This document shows, one piece after another, positions 7,888 to 16,310 of a stretch of DNA of 59,503 bases. Position 1 is the stretch's first letter. Each line of letters begins with the position of its first letter. The stretch is from IMG/VR virus record IMGVR_UViG_3300025430_000001, positions 1 to 59,503 of that record; one strand, written 5' to 3'. A program made the translations under genes and the position numbers. The DNA is from a virus. Taxonomy: Duplodnaviria > Caudoviricetes. Below the pieces are notes generated by a model. That model was not told where the DNA came from and did not search any database. It worked only from the letters and a program-made list of their open reading frames with translations.

Positions 7888-8066
7888 CACTTCACCTTTA
7901 CACAAACATGCCTCGTTATTTTAGTTGTATTGATCGTAAGCACTTCTGCTTCCTTACCTGCAATTTCGCAGACCTCCTGATTTTGCATTGGTATAGTTGC
8001 CAATGTCACTGAATCGCCTTTTGCAAAAGGGCCAGCATAAATATAAAGAACCAAAATCCATTCCAT
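7887..8066 (-). CDS. Small exported or membrane-anchored protein (passenger)
   Basis: Hydrophobic N-terminus MEWILVLYIYAG and two Cys (VCE...HVCV). Confidence 0.7.
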   Translation of the reverse strand: MEWILVLYIYAGPFAKGDSVTLATIPMQNQEVCEIAGKEAEVLTINTTKITRHVCVKVK

Positions 8067-8296
8067 CACTTTTTCTCCACTAGTGCTTTACGGGCTAATT
8101 TAATTGTGTGTGTTGTTTCTGGATTACCAAGATGGTTAATGTGCATGTATTCACATTTTTCATTTACCATTTCCCGTAACGCCTCCCGCAGCCGTTCAAT
8201 CTCTTTCACCATGTTGGCGCAATCAGTCATCATTACATAATTGATGCCGCCAATATGATGCATGTTAGGTGGATTAAAACGATCTATATATGCCAT
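8066..8296 (-). CDS. EIERLR-family mini-protein
   Basis: KEIERLREALREM...LARKAL. Confidence 0.8.
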   Translation of the reverse strand: MAYIDRFNPPNMHHIGGINYVMMTDCANMVKEIERLREALREMVNEKCEYMHINHLGNPETTHTIKLARKALVEKK

Positions 8297-8580
8297 CACT
8301 CATCCTCCTTCAGTGCGGCACGGGCGTCGTCAAGCCAATAAGGCTCTTTGTCGTGCCTTTCGCACCATGCAACAGCATCTTCCACAACAACCCGCAACCG
8401 TTCAATCTCATCGGCGGCATCGGTAATTGTTTTTGGCATGAGCCGTAACGCTCCCCGCAACCGTTCAATTTCGTCTAACAGCCCCCCGACAAGCACATCT
8501 GGATGCAAAGCAAAAATTGTTTTGTTCTCCATAGGTGGTCGCAGGGACAGGTATTTTTTTGCGTCATCTACAGCACTCAT
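8296..8580 (-). CDS. EIERLR-family mini-protein with two ERLR motifs
   Basis: DEIERLRGAL...DAADEIERLR...ARAALKEDE. Confidence 0.8.
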   Translation of the reverse strand: MSAVDDAKKYLSLRPPMENKTIFALHPDVLVGGLLDEIERLRGALRLMPKTITDAADEIERLRVVVEDAVAWCERHDKEPYWLDDARAALKEDE

Positions 8581-8798
8581 CACTCACCCTCCTTCAGTGC
8601 GTCAGCAATTATCTTCAACAACGACTTTTTAATCACGGATTCAGTGGGTAACCATTGATTGATGCCCCTATCTAAATCGGTTAATGCTTTACGCAGCCGT
8701 TCAATCTCAACGTCTTTTCGTTCAATTTCATGCACCGCCCAAGCGTAGCATTCTTCTTGATCGGCGCGATCTTTCAAAACGTCCATATAACTTTCCAT
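8580..8798 (-). CDS. EIERLR-family mini-protein
   Basis: VEIERLRKAL...ADALKEGE. Confidence 0.8.
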   Translation of the reverse strand: MESYMDVLKDRADQEECYAWAVHEIERKDVEIERLRKALTDLDRGINQWLPTESVIKKSLLKIIADALKEGE

Positions 8799-8911
8799 CA
8801 CCAAATCACCTCCCCATTAACGACAATATGCTCGTACCACCGGTGCCCCGTATCGTCCTCCCATAAGGCCCACACGTTGTCCGGTTCATATTCATATCTG
8901 ATCAGTGTCAT
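8798..8911 (-). CDS. Small hypothetical protein (37 aa)
   Basis: Manual translation MTLIRYEYEPDNVWALWEDDTGHRWYEHIVVNGEVIW; TGATG coupling and GGAGG RBS for the next gene. Confidence 0.55.
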   Translation of the reverse strand: MTLIRYEYEPDNVWALWEDDTGHRWYEHIVVNGEVIW

Positions 8912-9095
8912 CTTTTTTATCCCAACTAAATTTTGGCAGGGTCACCTTCGGCTTAACGGAAGCCAGATCCCCTCGGATGCTGGCCTCTCGCTTGGCTTGG
9001 TTCGATGAAACCAAGCGCACCTTGCCGTTGGGGTCAATACCGCCGACGCTTGCGCCGCCATGGTTGCGCGGACCGCGCTTGCCAATGGCCATCAC
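8892..9095 (-). CDS. Hypothetical basic protein
   Basis: 67-aa ORF ending KVTLPKFSWD. Confidence 0.6.
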   Translation of the reverse strand: MMAIGKRGPRNHGGASVGGIDPNGKVRLVSSNQAKREASIRGDLASVKPKVTLPKFSWDKKDDTDQI

Positions 9096-9325
9096 ATATA
9101 CAGGCTATGGTCGATAGCCTTCTCCGCTGGTCCGTCGTGAAGGGCCGTGTGGTCGTTGACGTTGTCGAATGGATAACGCCGCATCTCGACGATGTCGTGA
9201 TCCTCGTCGCGGGTCTTTTTCAAGAAATTGACGTGGAACCGAGCCGCCATAAACGATTCGGTCGTAGCCACGATGTGGTCGATGCTCTTGCCTGCTGGCA
9301 CGATGTAAAACATTGGTATCTCCAT
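9092..9325 (-). CDS. Hypothetical protein
   Basis: 77-aa ORF in the operon. Confidence 0.6.
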   Translation of the reverse strand: MEIPMFYIVPAGKSIDHIVATTESFMAARFHVNFLKKTRDEDHDIVEMRRYPFDNVNDHTALHDGPAEKAIDHSLYM

Positions 9326-9346
9326 TTACTGAACAATGATGTTGTC

Positions 9347-9604
9347 TCACGAATCAAAAGACGTGTCAAACATATTTTTATACATCTCTTCGACGGTCCA
9401 CTCGTCCTCGAATTCGCCGATCCCGTCGGGGTCCACCAGAACGCCATCAGGGAACGTAAGCGCCAAGCGTTTATGCCTTTCCTTCCTATGCTGGCGGCGG
9501 AAGGCCTGATAGGCCTCCTGCTCTGTCAGACCGTATTCCTCACCAATCGAGCGGTACGTTCGGCCATCATAGACCCGCTCAATGTAAATTTGATGGTCGT
9601 TCAT
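9347..9604 (-). CDS. Putative HTH protein
   Basis: DGRTYRSIGEEYGLTEQEAYQ resembles a helix-turn-helix. Confidence 0.6.
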   Translation of the reverse strand: MNDHQIYIERVYDGRTYRSIGEEYGLTEQEAYQAFRRQHRKERHKRLALTFPDGVLVDPDGIGEFEDEWTVEEMYKNMFDTSFDS

Positions 9605-9837
9605 TGCTCTGGCCCCGCCTCGCTCTTGTCCTCGGCGATCTGGCCATAGAACGTCATTGCGGCCTGCATACGTGCCGGAGCATCGAGCTGTGACATGACA
9701 TTGGCGACAAAGGTAGACGTCAGGTGCAGCACGGTGCCCACCGTCAGGCCATCCATGGCCTTGGCCATCGCGTCATAGGCCTTGATATGCTTCTCTTGGG
9801 TCTTCTTCTTCATGTGCTCGTTTAGGTCGATTGTCAT
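9601..9837 (-). CDS. Hypothetical protein
   Basis: 78-aa ORF, coupled. Confidence 0.7.
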   Translation of the reverse strand: MTIDLNEHMKKKTQEKHIKAYDAMAKAMDGLTVGTVLHLTSTFVANVMSQLDAPARMQAAMTFYGQIAEDKSEAGPEQ

Positions 9838-10193
9838 AATCCGTCTCCTTCTTCACAATCAATTTCAACTTTCACGCAGGCGATGCGGTGTTGAGAAGCA
9901 TATTCATCAGCACCTTCTTTTGTGTCAAAAAAATCATCTGTCTGTTTATCAATATTAACCCAAATTGTTTTTTTGATGCGTTGTTTGACTTCAACAAGGT
10001 CAGACGCAGATGAAGGTGAACCATCATAAACTCCACCGCATATAAATTTACCATCTTTTGCCCAACACATTGCCCACCAACCATCTTCCGTAAGTATGGC
10101 TCCATGAACTGCCCAAATACTATTCCCATCCGTTGCATAAATCCGAACCTCACGACCGTTGCGGGTGCGGTACTTCTTATTCTTGTCGATCAT
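9834..10193 (-). CDS. Hypothetical phage protein
   Basis: YRTRNGREVRIYATDG...VHGAI...DLVEV motif pattern. Confidence 0.75.
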   Translation of the reverse strand: MIDKNKKYRTRNGREVRIYATDGNSIWAVHGAILTEDGWWAMCWAKDGKFICGGVYDGSPSSASDLVEVKQRIKKTIWVNIDKQTDDFFDTKEGADEYASQHRIACVKVEIDCEEGDGL

Positions 10194-10444
10194 TTTAATA
10201 CCTCATAAAGTTTTGATGATTTTTTGCCAGACTGCGTGGGCATAAACTCGCCTGTCCACTTCAGCATCTCGTTATCGACGAAGAATTTAAACAACTTCGC
10301 CCACATATTAGCCTTTGGTGGTGGGCCCACAAATAACTGCAACATAATGCGGATTGATTCGCCTGTTGCAGCAACGCCCACCATTTCCCGTGCCCATTCG
10401 TCGTATTGTCTCTGGGCCTTCAAATACCAGCTATCATCGCTCAT
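10190..10444 (-). CDS. Hypothetical protein
   Basis: 84-aa ORF coupled to the primase gene. Confidence 0.65.
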   Translation of the reverse strand: MSDDSWYLKAQRQYDEWAREMVGVAATGESIRIMLQLFVGPPPKANMWAKLFKFFVDNEMLKWTGEFMPTQSGKKSSKLYEVLK

Positions 10445-12720
10445 TAAATTTTCCTATAGCGTTTGATTTTGATCTTTTTGCGTGGGTGTATGCTTTCTTC
10501 GACGACTAGATATCCTTTATCTGCAAGCTTCTTCAGCCCCTTTTCAATATCCTCCTTCTTGTATGTCCTAAGTTTATTAACCAAAACCCCGAAAGTTTCG
10601 CCCTCGTGGTCAATCAGGTTAACCAGCCGGGATAGCAACGCGTCCTCCGGCGCTTCTTTCTGGCGGTCGTTTCCGATCACCATACGGGCCTTGGTCTCGA
10701 TGTCATTCTTGATCATCGCATAGGCCCAACGAACGTGCTCAACCGTGCGCAGACCTTCCGGTGCCGCTAGGATGAACGATACCTTTGCCACAAGCTCCTT
10801 GCCGCGCAGATACAGCGCCTCCAGCCCATTACGCTCCGAGGCGTCCTCGGCCAGATTATGCAGCGCCTCGCTGGAGCGCTCCAGAAGGGCCACGGCGTCG
10901 TCTGTCGAGGGCACCGACACCTTGGAGCCATAGTTCTCGATGCGCCCCTCTGGCATCATGCTAAAGGATCCTGCAGATGCGATCTGCTGCAGGGTTGCCT
11001 TCATCTCATCTGGCATCGGGCGCTTCTTGAACCGCTTCTTCTCGTAGGGCACCGACTTGGTCTCGATGAACAGCAACGACCGACCGATGAAACCGTTTGT
11101 GGCATTTTCAAAGTTGACAGTCGAATCAAAGTTTGTGTTGGTCGTAAACCCGATCATCGACAGGAAGGGATTGCGAATGCCGTCCTCGATGAACTTCAAA
11201 GCCTGCTCCAACTGAACACGCCGGGCTTCCTTGAGTTTGTCGGGGCCGTCATCAAGCTGCCGGTCGATCTGGGTAATCTCGGCCAGCAACTGCTTGCGGA
11301 TTTCCTTGCGCACATCGCCGCTGACCATCAGCGAACTATTGCCCTTGGAATAGACAGACATCAGGATGCCGATAATGCCTTCGAGGTAGTTTGCGCCGCC
11401 CTTGGTCTGAGCCGACTTGATCTTGGTAAACAGGTAGCCGATCTCGTCGATCAGGTAATAGGTAGGCTGGTGCTCGACGAGGTTGCGGACCATTTCCTGC
11501 TCTGACTTGATCGCGCCGTAGCAGGCCTTCTTAAGGCCCACAGCCGTCATGATCTCGCCCACGCCATCGAGGACGCTGTCCTTGCCGGTGCCCGATCCCG
11601 CGACGCAGAACCCGATTAGGTTTGACGTCACGCTGCCGATTGGATCGTTATACTTTAGGCCAATAAGGTTGCCCATTGCGATCAAAGCACCGCCGACCGA
11701 TAGGTTCTCGCGCTTATAGCGAACCTGATCTTCGATCCATTCAGCTACCTCGCCGACGAAGCCTGGTGGGCGACGCAGGTCAATGCCGCTGATATCGATC
11801 TCGTCCTGCTCTACCTCTTCAATGACCTCATTCGTCGAGAACGTGACCGGCCACTTCCAGCCACCCTCTTCAGCGTAGTAGACGAGGGTTCCGAGGGTGA
11901 CGGGGTTGGCTGACTTTCCAAAGCTGTGCCACTTCTTGGCCATGTCTGAGGCATCGTGCTTGCTGGATGTGCTGGACCAAGCCTCCCAGAGGTCGTAGGC
12001 CGAACCAGCGGATGCGTGGTGTAGGGCCATGCCGATCTTGATCCAGACATCGTAGTCGAGATCGGCGTTGTTGATATACGAGAGCATATCCCCGAGTTGA
12101 TTATATGATACATCGACGGTCTTGCTTTCAAAGGTTGCGCGATAGCGCTCTGGCTTCTTTAGCAGTTCAAGCAGCGATGCTGGGGCGGTGTCAATATCAT
12201 TTGGCGATCCCACAGCGATTGTGTAGCGGTTGCCACTGGCATGCAGCGACCCCGGCCCGACGACGTAGCCGGATGACTTGAAATCAACACCTTTGTAGGC
12301 ATCAAGCTGCTGCACCAAGGCGACATTTTCGGGAGCTTTGAAGTACAGGTGCTTCGATCCGCCACCCGATCCCGTTTCCACGATCAGGCCTGCGCCGGTG
12401 ATTTCTGGAAAGTCCTTGATCAACTGCGCATATGATTCGACGCCGCCGTTACGGGCGTCAACATCGACGACGATCAACCCCTTCACCAGCACACCGTAGC
12501 CGGTGGCGAAGTGGTCCATTTTCTCGAAGCTTTCCAATTGCTCTTCGGACCATTCCGGCACCGAGGTCCAATTAGACATGATCGGGTGCTTCAAAACCGC
12601 TTTACAATTTTTATTGTGACAAGCGCAGCGACCATCCTTTGCAATGCCATGCAAGCCAAAGATGCGGTAACCCGCCTCCCAAAAGTCGCGATGATTTGAC
12701 ATTTTATTCTTGGTTCCCAA
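10444..12720 (-). CDS. Bifunctional primase/polymerase (Prim-Pol) with PriCT-2 and a C-terminal P-loop helicase-like domain
   Basis: CAC..NC..KHP, IVVDVDARNGG, VETGSGGGSKHLYF, YVVGPGSLHASG, YDVWIKIGMALH (PriCT-2), AGSGTGKD (Walker A), LIDEIG (Walker B). Confidence 0.9.
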   Translation of the reverse strand: MGTKNKMSNHRDFWEAGYRIFGLHGIAKDGRCACHNKNCKAVLKHPIMSNWTSVPEWSEEQLESFEKMDHFATGYGVLVKGLIVVDVDARNGGVESYAQLIKDFPEITGAGLIVETGSGGGSKHLYFKAPENVALVQQLDAYKGVDFKSSGYVVGPGSLHASGNRYTIAVGSPNDIDTAPASLLELLKKPERYRATFESKTVDVSYNQLGDMLSYINNADLDYDVWIKIGMALHHASAGSAYDLWEAWSSTSSKHDASDMAKKWHSFGKSANPVTLGTLVYYAEEGGWKWPVTFSTNEVIEEVEQDEIDISGIDLRRPPGFVGEVAEWIEDQVRYKRENLSVGGALIAMGNLIGLKYNDPIGSVTSNLIGFCVAGSGTGKDSVLDGVGEIMTAVGLKKACYGAIKSEQEMVRNLVEHQPTYYLIDEIGYLFTKIKSAQTKGGANYLEGIIGILMSVYSKGNSSLMVSGDVRKEIRKQLLAEITQIDRQLDDGPDKLKEARRVQLEQALKFIEDGIRNPFLSMIGFTTNTNFDSTVNFENATNGFIGRSLLFIETKSVPYEKKRFKKRPMPDEMKATLQQIASAGSFSMMPEGRIENYGSKVSVPSTDDAVALLERSSEALHNLAEDASERNGLEALYLRGKELVAKVSFILAAPEGLRTVEHVRWAYAMIKNDIETKARMVIGNDRQKEAPEDALLSRLVNLIDHEGETFGVLVNKLRTYKKEDIEKGLKKLADKGYLVVEESIHPRKKIKIKRYRKI

Positions 12721-12892
12721 ACAAATATTTCACGAGCTTTTCATATGTCGTCATGTGCGGATTATTGTTTTTACCCGCAGCGATAGAGCGAATGGTATTC
12801 TCGTGTAGACCAGTAGAGACAGCAACCTTTGCGAGGTTGCGGTCATTGAGCGCCACCCTTATGCGCTCCATCGTGACATTGTTCAAATCCAT
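12704..12892 (-). CDS. Cro/XRE-like HTH transcriptional regulator
   Basis: NLAKVAVSTGLHENTIRSIAAGKNNNP..TYEKL. Confidence 0.8.
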   Translation of the reverse strand: MDLNNVTMERIRVALNDRNLAKVAVSTGLHENTIRSIAAGKNNNPHMTTYEKLVKYLFGNQE

Positions 12893-12917
12893 TTTTTATG
12901 CCTCTTTCAATATTGTG

Positions 12918-12956
12918 GTGTTGACAATCACACAACCTGATGTCATTTGTCAACAC
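12918..12956. promoter_or_regulatory. Overlapping divergent promoters forming an inverted repeat
   Basis: GTGTTGACAA-N19-TTGTCAACAC, giving TTGACA on each strand. Confidence 0.7.
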
Positions 12957-12973
12957 GTTGAAACAGAGGAGAT

Positions 12974-13765
12974 ATGCCAATGGGCATTTTAGATACGATA
13001 AAAAAGCCGGGTGACAGGCCTGTAGTTGTCACGCTTTGCGGGGATAGTGGTATGGGTAAAACCACACTTGCTGCCTCGTTTCCCAAGCCGATCTTTATTC
13101 GTGCTGAAGATGGTGTTCAATCAATCCCCGAAAATCTAAAGCCAGATGTTTTCCCCGTCATTAATGACGTCGAAGACCTTTGGAACCAGCTTAAGGGTCT
13201 GATGGGCGAAGAGCATGGCTACAAGACTTTGGTCGTTGATAGCATCACGGCTCTGGAGCGCATGTTTATCGCGGACGTCATCGCGAAGGACAACAAGAAG
13301 GCCACAAACATCCAGCAGGCTGCTGGTGGCTATGGCGCTGGCCGCGAGGCTGTCGCGATCATGCATCAGCGTTTGCGAAAGGCTGCTGCAATCCTCGCTG
13401 AAAAGCGCGGCATGCATACTGTGTTCATTGCCCACGTTGAAATCGGCACTGAAAATCCACCGGATGATGATTCGTTTAGCAAGTACGGCCTGCGCCTGCA
13501 TGCCAAGTCGATGGCACCCTATGTCGATGACGTAGATGTCGTGGGCTTCTTGAAACTGGAAACTTTTACGAAAGGTGATGGCGACCGCAAGAAAGCCATC
13601 TCCGACGGAACTCGTGTGCTGATCACACACGCAGCGGCAGCCAATGTGTCTAAAAACCGCTACGGCATTACCGAGCCACTGATTGTCGAGCTGGGTAAGA
13701 ACCCCCTCGAAGCCTATATCCCATCACTTAGCGTTGTATTGAAGAAGGAAAAAGTAAATGGTTGA
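12974..13765 (+). CDS. AAA-family ATPase (AAA_24/Sak4-like recombination protein)
   Basis: GDSGMGKTT, FIRAEDG, LVVDSIT, FIAH, SKNRYG. Confidence 0.85.
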   Translation: MPMGILDTIKKPGDRPVVVTLCGDSGMGKTTLAASFPKPIFIRAEDGVQSIPENLKPDVFPVINDVEDLWNQLKGLMGEEHGYKTLVVDSITALERMFIADVIAKDNKKATNIQQAAGGYGAGREAVAIMHQRLRKAAAILAEKRGMHTVFIAHVEIGTENPPDDDSFSKYGLRLHAKSMAPYVDDVDVVGFLKLETFTKGDGDRKKAISDGTRVLITHAAAANVSKNRYGITEPLIVELGKNPLEAYIPSLSVVLKKEKVNG

Positions 13766-14297
13766 TTATTGGAACCTCTCGGATGGCGATGACATCCACA
13801 AGACCGGCGGCGAATTTGAAACCGGCGGCGGTAACTTTGCTCCGATCCCCGATGGCACCGGCCTGCTGGCTGCCATTGACGAGGCAAAAATCGATGAAGA
13901 CCGTGATGGCAACGAGTTCGTCTCGATCCGCTGGTCAGTCCTGACGCCTGCGGAATACAAGAACCGCAAGGTCTTCCAGAAGATTTGGTGCATTGACGAC
14001 AAGCCGCGCCAGAAAGACCCAGAGAAGGCCAAGGACAAGGCCAAGCGCATGCTTTTTGCTATCGACAAGAACGCCGGTGGCGCACTGGTGGCCAGCGGCA
14101 AGGCACCAAATGACAACAATCTGCAGAAGGCGCTTTCGGGCAAGCAGATGCAGATCACGGTCAACATCTGGGATATGGTCGGCGACGACGGCAAGAAGAT
14201 GACCGGCAATTGGATTGCGTCGGTATCGCCGAAGGCTAACGCGTCCAAGGCTGCACGGCCACGCCCTGCAGACGACGATGATGGAATTCCGTTCTAA
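13758..14297 (+). CDS. Putative single-stranded DNA-binding protein (DUF669-like)
   Basis: FAPIPDG...YKNRKVFQ and an acidic C-terminus DDDDGIPF; follows the AAA ATPase. Confidence 0.75.
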   Translation: MVDYWNLSDGDDIHKTGGEFETGGGNFAPIPDGTGLLAAIDEAKIDEDRDGNEFVSIRWSVLTPAEYKNRKVFQKIWCIDDKPRQKDPEKAKDKAKRMLFAIDKNAGGALVASGKAPNDNNLQKALSGKQMQITVNIWDMVGDDGKKMTGNWIASVSPKANASKAARPRPADDDDGIPF

Positions 14298-14313
14298 GGG
14301 GACTAGAACGGGA

Positions 14314-14345
14314 CGGGGGCGGCTTCGGGGCCGTCCCCACTTTAA
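14314..14345 (+). terminator. Possible terminator hairpin
   Basis: GC-rich stem around CTTCGG with only a short T-tract. Confidence 0.4.
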
Positions 14346-14351
14346 CAACAT

Positions 14352-14753
14352 ATGGAGATTAAAATGGTTGAGATTAAGAAAAAACGCGGACGTCCTGCAA
14401 AGGTGACAGTAGAAAAGAAGACAGACACCCGAGATTGGGTTGAGTTGCTTCGTACCAGAGAGCCAAGCTTTGACGAAAAGCTTGGAAAGCTTACGGTTCG
14501 TATTACCAAGCTTGAACGCATCCTTGAAGATGCTGTAAACGCTGGTCGCGAACTGCATAAGAAGATGGAAAGCCTGTCTAAAATCCGAACTTTGGGATGG
14601 CAGGCGCACACTGCCGGTGAATGTCCGGTTCACGACGATACGTCTGTGGAAGTGCTTCTTCGCAGTGGCGAAAAAAACGGACCACATTTGGCTTGTCATT
14701 TCTTATGGCGTGAATGTGGTACAGGCACCATCGTAGCCTACAAGGTGCTTTGA
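14352..14753 (+). CDS. Hypothetical protein with AT-hook-like KRGRP motif and C-terminal GECPV domain
   Basis: KKKRGRPAK; GWQAHTAGECPV...VEVLLRSG...IVAYKV. Confidence 0.7.
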   Translation: MEIKMVEIKKKRGRPAKVTVEKKTDTRDWVELLRTREPSFDEKLGKLTVRITKLERILEDAVNAGRELHKKMESLSKIRTLGWQAHTAGECPVHDDTSVEVLLRSGEKNGPHLACHFLWRECGTGTIVAYKVL

Positions 14754-15013
14754 TGGCCGATAGATTTTCTCGTGGTTGGGACGGAGATCGTCATAAAGGC
14801 AAGCGAATTGCTACATTATGGACGGATGGTTATATCGATGGTGATGTGACATTTTCATCTTATTTTGATGAACTTAGCACAACCGCTCAAATTGATCTGA
14901 TTGGCGATGTCATTGGTCTTTTGGAGCGAGAACGCAAAATTATAATGGACGAAGTAAACCCATCCGATGACCTTTGTAAGATATTGGGCTGGCCTTTAAA
15001 GGACGAAAGATAA
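14753..15013 (+). CDS. Hypothetical protein
   Basis: TGATG-coupled start at 14753. Confidence 0.65.
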   Translation: MADRFSRGWDGDRHKGKRIATLWTDGYIDGDVTFSSYFDELSTTAQIDLIGDVIGLLERERKIIMDEVNPSDDLCKILGWPLKDER

Positions 15014-15612
15014 TGGAACAGCGATCCGAGGAATGGTTTAACATTCGAAAGGGCCGAGTGACCGGTTCAGCCGTTGGAGCAATCCTCGGTATCGCACCCT
15101 TTGCGAATCAAGCGGACATCTTGCGCCGCATGGTTCGTGATTGGCACAAGGCTCCCAGTGAGTTTACGGGAAACATAGCCACTAACTGGGGCGTACAGAA
15201 CGAGGCCGGTGCCCTTCTTGAATACGAGATGGTCACCGGCAACACGGTTGAACCGTGCGCCTTCTACCAATACGAGCACTGGCTCGGGGCCAGCCCCGAT
15301 GGACTGGTGGGCGATCGCGGACTGGTCGAGATCAAGTGCCCGTTTGGCATTCGGTATAAGAGACCGCCGGTATTCAAGACGGCAGCAATGCAGACCCACT
15401 ATTATGCGCAGATGCAGATACAGCTATTTGCCACGGACCGCGATTGGTGCGACTTCTACCAGTGGACGCCATACGGGGATGCGGTCGAGAGGATTGAGTT
15501 GGACAGGGCGTTTCTCAATACGATCCTGCCCGTTCTACGTAATTTTTATGAGAAATATTTGATCGAAAGAGAGCTTCCAAATGCAGAAAAATACCTTTCT
15601 GATCAAACGTGA
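15013..15612 (+). CDS. YqaJ/lambda-exonuclease family protein
   Basis: EQRSEEWFNIRKGRVTGS, GASPDGL, VEIKCP, YYAQMQIQL. Confidence 0.92.
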   Translation: MEQRSEEWFNIRKGRVTGSAVGAILGIAPFANQADILRRMVRDWHKAPSEFTGNIATNWGVQNEAGALLEYEMVTGNTVEPCAFYQYEHWLGASPDGLVGDRGLVEIKCPFGIRYKRPPVFKTAAMQTHYYAQMQIQLFATDRDWCDFYQWTPYGDAVERIELDRAFLNTILPVLRNFYEKYLIERELPNAEKYLSDQT

Positions 15613-15814
15613 ATTAAATGGTCTGACAAAATCACTAAATCCATGCCGTTTTTGTGGATCGGTAATGGGTCAATTGCATAATTCAACGCCACCGCATGGG
15701 CTTGCTGTTCGATGCGATGGGTGCGGTAAATTTTTAGGATGGCTTCAGAAAAACTATTCTGAACGGTTGAAGGCAGGGATGGGCATAGAAAATGGGCAAG
15801 CGAAGCAATTTTAA
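15581..15814 (+). CDS. Small Zn-ribbon protein
   Basis: PCRFCGS...RCDGCGKFLGWL. Confidence 0.6.
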   Translation: MQKNTFLIKRELNGLTKSLNPCRFCGSVMGQLHNSTPPHGLAVRCDGCGKFLGWLQKNYSERLKAGMGIENGQAKQF

Positions 15815-16310
15815 ACCGCACAAGCTTGATGCCTATGCGACACCGGAGGAAGCGGTTCTGCCGCTTCTTTCGCACCTACCAAAGGGTTCATATTATGCGG
15901 AGCCTTGCGCCGGTGATGGGGCTCTGATCCGCATCCTGCAAAAGCATGGCCACAAGTGCGTTGCCGCCTATGACGTTGAGCCTCGCCACAAGATCGTGAA
16001 ACAGGCAGATGCGTCATTTTTGACACGCGAAGACATGAACCGCGCCAACCTAGTGATTACAAACCCGCCTTGGGGCCGCGATGTGATGCACCAGATCATC
16101 GAGAGATCCTTGTTTTGGGGGCCGACATGGTTGCTGTTTGATGCGGATTGGATGCACACCAAGCAGGCCACGCCTTACCTGCCGCACTGCAAGAAGATTG
16201 TGTCGGTGGGGCGGGTGAAGTGGTTTGGGAATACGGCTGGCAAGGATAATTGCTGCTGGTACTTGTTTGATTTTAACGACCCGCAACCCACAATCTTCGT
16301 AGGACAGTGA
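15792..16310 (+). CDS. DNA N6-adenine (or N4-cytosine) methyltransferase
   Basis: DAYATP, EPCAGDG (SAM-binding), VITNPPW (catalytic motif IV). Confidence 0.85.
   Translation: MGKRSNFKPHKLDAYATPEEAVLPLLSHLPKGSYYAEPCAGDGALIRILQKHGHKCVAAYDVEPRHKIVKQADASFLTREDMNRANLVITNPPWGRDVMHQIIERSLFWGPTWLLFDADWMHTKQATPYLPHCKKIVSVGRVKWFGNTAGKDNCCWYLFDFNDPQPTIFVGQ

Larger units (their letters stand above)
6550..7890 (-). repeat. Four copies of a 26-bp repeat encoding (stop)MDIVERLR at 6550-6575, 7046-7071, 7222-7247 and 7865-7890
   Basis: Consensus GTGATGGATATTGTTGAACGGTTRCG; each copy has 0-1 further mismatch. Confidence 0.9.
6824..8600 (-). repeat. Four copies of a 23-32 bp gene-junction repeat encoding ALKE(G/D)E-stop, RBS and next start, at 6824-6846, 7553-7584, 8294-8325 and 8578-8600
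   Basis: Consensus GCACTGAAGGAGGGTGAGTGATG. Two copies extend upstream with GCCCGTGCC. Confidence 0.9.

Noticed and set aside
6100-8911. CRISPR array or integron
   Set aside because: The repeats are coding, of three types, non-palindromic and irregularly spaced. There are no cas genes, attC-like hairpins or integrase.
12704-12973. Lysogeny switch of a temperate phage
   Set aside because: There is only one short HTH gene. No CI-like repressor with a peptidase domain, integrase or partition cassette was recognised.
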